Shown here: positions 1 through 8,700 of the stretch, in pieces
Layout of the letters: every line of letters begins with the position of its first letter
How positions within the stretch are numbered: position 1 is the first letter of the stretch
NCBI GenBank assembly: GCA_048885535.1
Contig: JBHLLO010000049.1
Coordinates: 1-21,882, forward strand
Direction: 5' to 3'
DNA length: 21,882 bases
From: Candidatus Hermodarchaeota archaeon
GTDB taxonomy: Archaea; Asgardarchaeota; Lokiarchaeia; Sigyniarchaeales; SOKP01
Program-made: the position numbers and the translations under genes
The notes under the pieces: model-generated
Told to the model about the DNA's origin: nothing
The model's database searches: none
Seen by the model: the letters and a program-made list of their open reading frames with translations, nothing else

Positions 1-78
1 TGGAAATATTTACGAGCTTTTAAAAAGCTTGTTGATCCTAATATGATAATGCATCCAGGAAGACTTGCGCTTCCATAA
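1..78 (+). CDS. 3' end of FAD-linked oxidase (GlcD/D-lactate dehydrogenase/alkyl-DHAP synthase family), truncated by window edge
   Basis: Frame 1 reads WKYLRAFKKLVDPNMIMHPGRLALP*, matching the family's C-terminal K..DPx.I(L/M)(N/H)PG motif. It lies immediately upstream of a CCG Fe-S protein, a typical GlcD-GlcF pairing. Confidence 0.8.
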   Translation, partial: WKYLRAFKKLVDPNMIMHPGRLALP

Positions 79-84
79 TTAAAA

Positions 85-89
85 GAGGT
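85..89 (+). promoter_or_regulatory. Shine-Dalgarno site for the 98..1486 CDS
   Basis: GAGGT 8 nt before ATG 98, in a 19-nt gap after the upstream stop, consistent with an operon. Confidence 0.6.
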
Positions 90-97
90 TAAAAAAA

Positions 98-1486
98 ATG
101 GCAAAAACAGGAATGGAAAGGTTAGAAGAGCTAAAAAAAGATATTTATAAATGCATTCACTGTAAAGCATGTAGATTCGCCTATTCTGGAGAGCCTGATA
201 GAAAAGGAATAGGCGAACATACTGGTAAGCAAGGAACTGTTCTTTATGAGGGAATGGTTGATGCATGTCCTGCTGGAATCGAATATGGCTGGGAGGCATT
301 TTGGAACGCTGGGAAGATTTGGATCGCGAGATCGATCCTAAATGGAGATCTGGAATTCTCCGAAGAAGTAAGAGATGTAATTATGCCTTGTATAACATGT
401 GGACAATGTTCAGCCCAGTGCGAGAATAAAGTTAGGACTGTTGAAATTATAGAATCTTTAAGAGCCGCATGTGTTGAATCTGGAATCCCAATGATAGAGA
501 AGCATCAATTAGTTAGGAGGTTAACTGAAGAAAAAAATAATCCTTATGGCGGTGCTGCTGATGAACGATTTAAGTGGGCTAAAGATGCTGGATTAGAGAA
601 ATATATTGATAATAAAGCTGCAAAGGTTGGATATTTTGTGGGATGTACAGCAAGCTATAGGCAAATAGAAATTGCGATTGCTACTTGTAAGATATTTGAG
701 CAATTGGGGATTGATTTCACATTAATAAGTGATGAAGTGTGTTGTGGAAGTCCTTTCTTTAGAGTTGGAGCTGTTGACATAGCTCAAGATTTAATGAATA
801 AAAATGTTGAGGCGTTCAAGGGATTGAAGATGGTCTTTTTTAGCTGTGCAGGTTGCTACAAAACATTCACGAATGATTATCCAAAATGGATGTCTGAAGG
901 TAAGATTCCATTTAAAACAATGCATGCCTTTGAGTTAGTAGCTCGACTTATAACTGCAGCTAAAATAAAGTTTAAGCCCAATAAGCAATTAAAGGGAAAA
1001 ACAGTGACTTATCATGATCCATGTCATTTGGGAAGGCATATGGCTTTAGAAATTGAACAAAGCATCATTGAAGAATCCGAAAACCTAATGATGGATAATC
1101 GAAAAATTAGGCAACAAATTGAAGCTTGGTATGAAGTTCCTCGAATTATATTGAAACAGCTAGAACAAGATGTTGGCATTGTCTTTAAGGAAATGTATCG
1201 AATAAAGCTTGATAGTTTTTGTTGCGGAGCAGGAGGAGGAGTAAGAGCAGGGTTTCCTGATTTTTCTTTGAGGACATCTAGTTTAAGGTTAGACGAAGCA
1301 AATGCTATTAAGGCAGATATCGTAACAACAGAATGTCCATTTTGTTATAGAAATCTATATGATGCAAATGAACTTTATAATCATGGAGTACAAGTGTATG
1401 GTTTAATTCAACTGATTGATAACTTCAAACTTTTAGAAATCAGCGAGAAACCAACTTTTGATGAAATTTTAAAAATGAAAAATTAG
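98..1486 (+). CDS. Fe-S oxidoreductase, HdrD/GlcF/GlpC family (two 4Fe-4S motifs plus two CCG domains)
   Basis: CIHCKAC...CP and CITCGQCSAQC ferredoxin motifs. CCG domains: FVGC...EVCCG...SCAGC and YHDPCHLGR...FCCGAGGG...TECPFC. Confidence 0.9.
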   Translation: MAKTGMERLEELKKDIYKCIHCKACRFAYSGEPDRKGIGEHTGKQGTVLYEGMVDACPAGIEYGWEAFWNAGKIWIARSILNGDLEFSEEVRDVIMPCITCGQCSAQCENKVRTVEIIESLRAACVESGIPMIEKHQLVRRLTEEKNNPYGGAADERFKWAKDAGLEKYIDNKAAKVGYFVGCTASYRQIEIAIATCKIFEQLGIDFTLISDEVCCGSPFFRVGAVDIAQDLMNKNVEAFKGLKMVFFSCAGCYKTFTNDYPKWMSEGKIPFKTMHAFELVARLITAAKIKFKPNKQLKGKTVTYHDPCHLGRHMALEIEQSIIEESENLMMDNRKIRQQIEAWYEVPRIILKQLEQDVGIVFKEMYRIKLDSFCCGAGGGVRAGFPDFSLRTSSLRLDEANAIKADIVTTECPFCYRNLYDANELYNHGVQVYGLIQLIDNFKLLEISEKPTFDEILKMKN

Positions 1487-1496
1487 AATCATTAAA

Positions 1497-1550
1497 TTTT
1501 TTTATTTTATTTATCAAACGGAAAGTGCTTTTCCTTTTTATTTTTATTTT
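1497..1550 (+). terminator. Putative archaeal oligo-T terminator
   Basis: Several T-runs directly after the stop at 1486. Confidence 0.45.
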
Positions 1551-1639
1551 AAAAGCTAAATGTATTTAAATTTAGAGATATGCCAAAATTTAGAGAACTG
1601 AATTTCTATTAAATCAATTTATAACTAAGACATTTTTAA

Positions 1640-3037
1640 TTGCAAAGGATTTTGAAGGAAAAAAAAGTGAAAGTTAGGAGTAAAACTGCTATACAATGTC
1701 ATTTTTTACCACCTGAAGAGAGACTTAATTCTTTTAATGAAGTCAACCTTGGATATATTAATTTTGAGGAAGTAATTCGAGAATGTGAGCGCTGTTATCA
1801 ATGCTTTATGAAGAGTGACCCCGAAGTAAAACCTCCACCTTGCATGAAATATTGCCCAACTCATTGTAACTCTAGAGAGGTTATTAAAAATGTTCTTAAT
1901 GGTGATATTGATGAGGCATTAAAGATCATCTACAACCATTATCCTTTTCCAAGATCTGTCGAAAGAGTTTGTCCAGGTTATTGTCAATTACATTGTACTG
2001 CTGGTAAGAAGGGAGATCCGATTCAAATTCCAACTATTAAACGCTTTTTAGTAGATAATTTTAGTATTCCTAGAGAATATTTTAAAAGAGATGATGATAC
2101 AGGAAAAAAGGTAGCGGTAATTGGTTCAGGACCTCTTGGACTAACTGTTGCATATTTTTTGCAGAAATTTGGATTCAATACTACAATTTTCGAAAAATTA
2201 AATGTATTAGGAGGAATGATGGCTACAGAAATTCCTGAATTTCGTCTACCAAGAAAAATTTTAAAGGAAGAGATAGAAAATATAAGGAAATTAGGAGTAA
2301 AATATTTCACTAATAAGGGGATTGATGAGAAATTCAATGTACAAGGACTACTCGAATCTGGTTTTGATGCAGTTGTCATTGGAATTGGAGCTCATAGGGG
2401 AAAATGGACGAAACTTCCAGGAGAAGAACCACAGATTATTTTACAAGCTATTGATTTTTTGGAATATTTTCATTTAGAAAAAGAAATTCCTGATCTTAAA
2501 GCGAAAGAAGTAGTTGTAATAGGAGGGGGAAGTACAGCTACCGATGCTGCTCGAGTCTCAAAAAGACTTGGAGCAAATGTATCTATATTATATAGAAGAG
2601 AGAAAGAACAAATGCCTGCAGGAAAAGCTGAAATAAGGGATACGGAGGATGAGGGAATTTCTATTAAATACCTAACAAATCCAGTTGAATTTATATGTAC
2701 TGAAAATGAATTTCAGATCGCTATATGTCAGAAAGTTGAACTAGGTGATACGGATGAGAGTGGACGACCTAGACCTATACTAATTGAGAACTCTGAGTTT
2801 AAAGTGAAGGCTGATTACATAATTGAAGCAATTGGTCAAGAACCCAATCTTAAAGGATTTGACAAAAATAAATTCAAGATCACATTGGTGAACACTTTTG
2901 AAGTGAATGATAAATTTTTCACTTCGGTTTCTAAAGTGTTAGCTGGAGGTGATTGTGTTACTGGATCTAAGAGCGTTGTTGATGCCGTAGCTCAAGGGAA
3001 AATAATTGCTGAACAAATTAGAGATTTTTTAATGTAA
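1640..3037 (+). CDS. GltD/NfnB/SudA-family FAD- and NADPH-dependent Fe-S oxidoreductase
   Basis: PEERLNSFNEVNLGY N-terminus; RCYQC...C...CP and RVCP..C...C clusters; GSGPLG FAD loop; IPEFRLP; GGGSTA plus YRR (NADPH-type); GGD...VVDAVAQG. The true start may be GTG 1667, which is preceded by GAAGGA. Confidence 0.9.
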   Translation: MQRILKEKKVKVRSKTAIQCHFLPPEERLNSFNEVNLGYINFEEVIRECERCYQCFMKSDPEVKPPPCMKYCPTHCNSREVIKNVLNGDIDEALKIIYNHYPFPRSVERVCPGYCQLHCTAGKKGDPIQIPTIKRFLVDNFSIPREYFKRDDDTGKKVAVIGSGPLGLTVAYFLQKFGFNTTIFEKLNVLGGMMATEIPEFRLPRKILKEEIENIRKLGVKYFTNKGIDEKFNVQGLLESGFDAVVIGIGAHRGKWTKLPGEEPQIILQAIDFLEYFHLEKEIPDLKAKEVVVIGGGSTATDAARVSKRLGANVSILYRREKEQMPAGKAEIRDTEDEGISIKYLTNPVEFICTENEFQIAICQKVELGDTDESGRPRPILIENSEFKVKADYIIEAIGQEPNLKGFDKNKFKITLVNTFEVNDKFFTSVSKVLAGGDCVTGSKSVVDAVAQGKIIAEQIRDFLM

Positions 3038-3040
3038 GTA

Positions 3041-3847
3041 TTAAATGATATTATAGCTTTTGAATGCACGTAAGGTCTCAATTGTGGCATTAACTGAGTG
3101 TTTTTCACCCTCACCCACTTCGGGTTTCCAACTTCCATCTTTTTGTTGTTTTTGCTCTAAATCAGTTAGACATTGTCTAACTAAAGGATGGCTGATTTTT
3201 AAGTTAGCATCCTTTAGGCATCTTACAAACCAAGCTAAATAAGAACCTTCCCAATCAGAGGAGTAATTAGATTGAAGAACATTAATCGCTTTTTGAAAGG
3301 GCTCAGAGTCCATTCCGGGATAAAAAGAGAACATAGGTAAAGCAAGCCAAGTAGCTCTAAAATAACCTCTTAATCTTCCAGTTTCATCAGAATTTTCAAC
3401 TAAAAAGTCTGTAGGGCAGTAGGTTCCCTCAGCTTCAGCATAACTAAAACGAATTAGTAAATGAGCACAATATGCTGTTAACCATACTCTCGTTTCGATT
3501 CTACCTGGTATCATCCATTTCGGGGGATTGAATTTTTGGACTTCATCAATCTCGTCCCATCCTCCATCCTTTTGTTGTCTATTTAATAGAAATTTACAAG
3601 CAGAATCTATAATTGATCCCCGATATAACTTTAAGTCGTCAAACCAAAATAAAACATATATTGTATCACATATATTACCAACTTCTTTTATCCAATAGCT
3701 AAAGCTACCATTTGGTTTTTGAAGTGCCCTTAATTGTTTAACCACTTCTTTTTGCGGCTTCTTATTCCAAAGAATGGTTTCTAAACGCGCCTTTTCAATT
3801 AAGTTTCCCTTCAATTGAACAAATTTAATAGCCTTCTTTATATTCAT
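3041..3847 (-). CDS. Prenyltransferase/squalene-oxidase-repeat (QW motif) alpha/alpha-toroid protein
   Basis: Three QW-type repeats: LQKPNGSF, RQQKDGGW, KQQKDGSW. No DxDD cyclase motif seen. Confidence 0.75.
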   Translation of the reverse strand: MNIKKAIKFVQLKGNLIEKARLETILWNKKPQKEVVKQLRALQKPNGSFSYWIKEVGNICDTIYVLFWFDDLKLYRGSIIDSACKFLLNRQQKDGGWDEIDEVQKFNPPKWMIPGRIETRVWLTAYCAHLLIRFSYAEAEGTYCPTDFLVENSDETGRLRGYFRATWLALPMFSFYPGMDSEPFQKAINVLQSNYSSDWEGSYLAWFVRCLKDANLKISHPLVRQCLTDLEQKQQKDGSWKPEVGEGEKHSVNATIETLRAFKSYNII

Positions 3848-4014
3848 AGATTATATTTATCTTATTACGATTGGGCTTTCTATTAAATAATTGGACAATT
3901 TAGAGAAAAATAGTTAATATTTAAATTGATGGATTATCTAATCTTTCTTCAAGGTATAATTTTAAATAAAAAAAGAATATAATTAGAATAGAAATTCAAT
4001 TTTCGTGAAGGTTT

Positions 4015-5505
4015 ATGAAAAGGAAAAAAGCAATTGCAATTGTCGTGATAATAATTATTATAATTGGATTGACTGTGGGATTATTATTGATCTTCCTTCC
4101 TTTTGGGGAATATATTGGTCAACGAAAAGCACTCATCTGTGCTAGCGCTAATGATTTTTTTGGGAGTGAACCAGATGGTGATTTTAATGGTGGAAATGAC
4201 TCTAACCTTAACAATGGTCCGGGTAACTGGACTTATAATAATATAGATAACAGTTATGGTGATTATGATTTTGGAAATGGCTCTCTATCTATTTTAAGCC
4301 TTATTCCTGGTCCAGCGGTGGGAAATTATCTGCTTAATTTTTCTGAGCATTATTCATTAAATAATTATGCTTTTTATAATATGACTGCAGATGTATTTAT
4401 ACAAAGTCCACATCCTATTGGTGGTAAAGGTGTTCAAATTGGGTTGATCTGGCTAGACTCAGGTCGCAGTGTTGTTAGGGAAGATTGGTCGATTAATGTA
4501 AGTACTAAACTGAATCAGTGGTTTACTTTAAATATAACTGGAGTCTGCAATAACGAAACTGGACATGAGATAACAGATTTGACTTTAGCATTGAGAGTTA
4601 ATGTTAGTAATTTCCTTCCACCGGGTGATATTTTTTACTTTGATAACATTGAAATATATAAATGGATTCAAGTTGATTTAAACAACCCTACTGATCCTCC
4701 GCCTCCGCCTCCACCCCCTCCTCCAGGGATTGATTCAGATGGCTTCCCTGCTCAAGGGTTACAGGTTTATTGGATATTAAAAAATCATGGATATACCGAT
4801 GATAATATCTTTTTTATGCTCTACTATAAGAATGATGCTGATGGTATAATTGATATTAGTCTATTTGATGCATATGCTAATGATTTAATTCATGATGGAG
4901 TACCCGCGATTATAGATGTTGCAAACGATAGTGTAACGGCATCAAGATTTAAACAAGAATTAAATGTATCTTACACTGGGTCCTTTGCTTCAGGTATACA
5001 TCAAAAGGATACCTTGATTATATTTATGTGTGACCATGGATCAAATAAATTATTGCCAGATGGAAATGCTACCTTCCACTTTGAGGCAGATAATAGTTTT
5101 ATTACGGAGTTTGAATTTTATGATTTAGTTAAAGAAATCAAGTGCCAGAGAATGATGATTAACGTAGATTGTTGCTTTAGTGGTAATTTCTTGAATGCAG
5201 ATGCCAATATTGGTCAAAGTTGGTATGATATAGAAAATTGTATTATGGTTAGTGCTTCTTCAAATTTACTAGCATGGTATTATATACATAATAGAAATCC
5301 AGATGGTTTTGCAGGATCTTGGTTCTTTCATTGGTTCTGGGATGTTTTAGACCATGATGGAAGTATCTTAGATGCTTTTAATTTTGCATCCACTTGGCCT
5401 CCAGCAGTTCGACCAATGCCGTTGTTTGCAATTCAGAATCCAATGTGGCATGATAACATGGGGATAAATAGTACATTGAGGTTTGGTGGTGACCCTCCTT
5501 TATAG
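4015..5505 (+). CDS. Membrane-anchored clan CD cysteine peptidase (C13 legumain/Gpi8-like or caspase-like) with inserted beta-rich domain
   Basis: Basic residues plus a hydrophobic N-terminal anchor; first core strand RKALICAS; YWILKNHGYTDDNIFFM; catalytic dyad contexts IFMCDHG (His341) and INVDCCFSG (Cys387). Confidence 0.75.
   Translation: MKRKKAIAIVVIIIIIIGLTVGLLLIFLPFGEYIGQRKALICASANDFFGSEPDGDFNGGNDSNLNNGPGNWTYNNIDNSYGDYDFGNGSLSILSLIPGPAVGNYLLNFSEHYSLNNYAFYNMTADVFIQSPHPIGGKGVQIGLIWLDSGRSVVREDWSINVSTKLNQWFTLNITGVCNNETGHEITDLTLALRVNVSNFLPPGDIFYFDNIEIYKWIQVDLNNPTDPPPPPPPPPPGIDSDGFPAQGLQVYWILKNHGYTDDNIFFMLYYKNDADGIIDISLFDAYANDLIHDGVPAIIDVANDSVTASRFKQELNVSYTGSFASGIHQKDTLIIFMCDHGSNKLLPDGNATFHFEADNSFITEFEFYDLVKEIKCQRMMINVDCCFSGNFLNADANIGQSWYDIENCIMVSASSNLLAWYYIHNRNPDGFAGSWFFHWFWDVLDHDGSILDAFNFASTWPPAVRPMPLFAIQNPMWHDNMGINSTLRFGGDPPL
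4696..4725 (+). repeat. Poly-proline (P10) linker encoded by CCN repeat
   Basis: cct ccg cct ccg cct cca ccc cct cct cca, in frame. Mixed codons argue for selection on the protein rather than simple slippage. Confidence 0.9.
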
Positions 5506-5508
5506 ATC

Positions 5509-5537
5509 TTTTAATTTATTTATTTTTTTCTTTTTTT
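5509..5537 (+). terminator. Putative oligo-T terminator
   Basis: T-rich tract with T7 runs right after the stop at 5505. Confidence 0.5.
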
Positions 5538-5719
5538 GGAAATATTTTATTTAAAGGCTCTTCGTTAGATTATTTGAGTTAAGACTGGCTAAATTGTGAT
5601 CTAATATACTCTACTTAGAGTTTTTATTCTTTTTTTTGATACATAAAATGAATTCAGATGGCAAAAAATAAATGTAACAATTATCATTATATTCAAAACG
5701 ATTCAAGAGGCATATTCTG

Positions 5720-8700
5720 TTGTTGCATGGAGAAAAGAAAACTGCATATCCATATATTACAGAATTCAAGAAAGAGCTTTTTGAATCATTTGTACTTATT
5801 GATCGGAAAAAAATTGGAAGTTTTCATTTAGGTTATTATAATAGAATCATAAAACTTTATCATACAAGGGCTGAAGCAATAAGAAAAGAGTCAAATTTAG
5901 ATCTAGAACATCTTTATTGGTTTCTCTTATTAGGAAAATACCTTAAAGAAGATTTCGGAAATCAAATACAGTTTTTTTATGATTTTGTAAAGTCATGTGA
6001 ATTAGATATCATCGAAAAGGATCAAATAGGTTTTAAGAAAAATCCTACTTCAAGTGCATTACCCGATATTTGGTCAACTTATTATGCTTTAGCGTGTATA
6101 AAACTATTAGGATTATTGGATGACTATTTTTTAGTGAAGGGAAGAATTGATACTATTAGAAAAATTAAAAATTTTTTATATGATCATAAAAAAGGTGAAA
6201 TTTTCCTTCATTGCCTTGATAAAGCGTGTGAAATTCATAAACAACCATTCACAGCAGAAACGGTATTTTACATTCTCGAAATTCTAACAATTATAGGAAA
6301 CGATGTTAGACTATTTAAAGAACAATTCCGCTCCTACTTGAGTAATAGAAAGAAAATACCTTCAATGTTATTTAAGTATTTAGCAATTAAGTATTTGGAT
6401 TTAGAGTTAGATGTAAAAGATAAAGAAATTTATTATTATAATCAATTTCAAATGCAAGATGGTGGGTTTAGCTTTTCTAATGAACAAGGTAAAGTAAATG
6501 ACACATTTTGGATAATCTATATATTTAAAAATTTCTCATGGTTAGTTGATTACAATTCTGCTAGAATTTATTCATTTGTTAATGAGAAAATTCAAGAAAT
6601 ATGTGAAGTTGATCAATTGGATAATGTTGAATTGTTTACTGATTTAGCAAAACTTGTGATTCTTTTATCATTTATTTGGAAAAAATTTATTGGAGAAATA
6701 GAAAGAGTTATTTTTAAACAAATAGAAAAAACCGGATTTATAGATATTAAGCAGATAAAAAATTCTTTTGGTTTGACACATGGAATTGAAGAAATAATCT
6801 TATATATTAACTTAAGTTATAATTTTAATCTAAAGATTATTAATAATACAATTGAATTTAGTAATTATCTTAGATCACTGGGTGAAGGTCTAAAAATTAT
6901 CGCAACCAAAATAAACACTCATTTGAGAGAAAATAGCATAATTTGTCTTTCTGATATCCTTAAGAACTATAAAATAGAACATAATGCAGAACCCTTAAAA
7001 ATCAAAGAAAATGTTTTACCTCTAGTTAATGATATGATAGGGAAGAAATTTTTCCAGGGAACTATACGAGCAAAAACAAAGTTTCTTAGAAAACCTAAAT
7101 ATTATTTCTATTTAGATTATTTCTTGGACAACATTATAATTTCTGATATTGAGGTAAATACGGAGAAATTATTTGAAGAAAAAGAAAAATTGATAGATAT
7201 AAAAAATGATATTTATAATATGACTTTAACTTTAAAGAATACTACAACCCAGATAAAAGAGGAAATAGAGTCGTACTTACTTTTAGATGAAATTGAATAT
7301 GCAAAACAAAGAATGAAATTTATTTTAAGAAATGCTTTATTAGAAGCGGATTTCTTAAACGAAAACATTGAGAATTCATTTAGTCAAGAAATGAAATATA
7401 TTAATATTCAAGCAGTATTAGTCACTGAAATAAATCAATGGAAAAAAGCATATTCTATAATGCAGAAAAAGTTAAATCAAGTCGAAAGGTACCTTAATGA
7501 AAAGATTCTAGAAAAAGAAGAAATAAAGAAATTTGATACTATATTAGATGAACTAGATGGTAGAATTTTTGAAGTTGGAGAATATATCAAAAAAGAATTA
7601 GATTCTTTCCGAAAATTTTTCCGAGAAAGACTAGAAGCAGGTTATAATGACCAGTCTTATAAGTCAATAAAAGGAGAGTTCGATAAAATAGCAAATTATG
7701 TTAATAAGTATGATAATACGATATATAAAGTATCACAAAAAATTACTATAAAAGAACAGAACGTTCTTAAGAAGCATAAGAGGATTATTGATAATTGGGT
7801 TAATATAAAGGAGAACTTTGACTCTATTTTTAATCAATACAAAGAAGGATTCATCTTCTTTGACGTAACAATTGAAAAGATTGAAAATGTAAAAGAAGAA
7901 ATTAAAAAAGAGTTTTCAAATATATCCGAAAAAGCAAAAACTGAAATTGCTTCTAATCAATTCCAGGAAGCTTTCGAAATCATAAAAAAAGATTCTGATT
8001 TAGTACTCAATCAAAAAACTAATGATTTAAAAAGTTTAAGAGATACAGTTAAAAGCCAAGTAAAAAAAAATCAAAAACTTTTCCTTCTTTATCAATATTT
8101 AGAAGAAAAATTAGATGAGCTAGAACAATCAATTATAAATTTAATAGCAGATCAAGTGGTGTCTCTTAAGCATAAGGTAACAGAAGAAAGAAATAAAGCG
8201 AAAATCGAGGATTTTGACAATTTTATCTTCCAACAAATCCAGGATTTTAAAGCAAACCTCAAAGCATATAAAACTAAACTAAATAATTTGAAAAATATTA
8301 AAATTACTGAATTAATTAGCGGTTTTGATAAAATCCTTATTGAATTAGATAGTAAGAATAAATCATATCTGAAAAAACTTAATAATTTAAAAGATCTTAT
8401 ACCAAATTTCGATCAAAATACTATTACAATCATTCAATGGGAAAAATTCCAAGATTATCTCAATAATGAGATTAAAAACCTAAAAGAAAATTATGTGAAT
8501 CAAATTATTCTTAATGAAATAGAGACATGGACGATAGAGAAAAATACTAATGAAATAGATCTGACAAAGCTTGCTGATAGGCTAAATTTAAAGTGTAAAT
8601 CAGTAATTTCATTGATAAGAGAAATGATAGATTTTTCTAAACTCGAAGGTGATCTAGATGAAACAAAAAAAATAATGATCTTCCATAATGTTGCTTTTTA

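Noticed and set aside
1640-3037. Bona fide glutamate synthase small subunit (gltD)
   Set aside because: No gltB nearby and the family includes many non-GOGAT members, so the symbol was withheld.
98-3037. Selenocysteine recoding in the redox genes
   Set aside because: The ORFs are complete with Cys at the expected positions and end in TAG/TAA. No in-frame TGA needs readthrough.
3041-3847. Squalene-hopene cyclase
   Set aside because: Too short (single toroid) and no DxDD motif.
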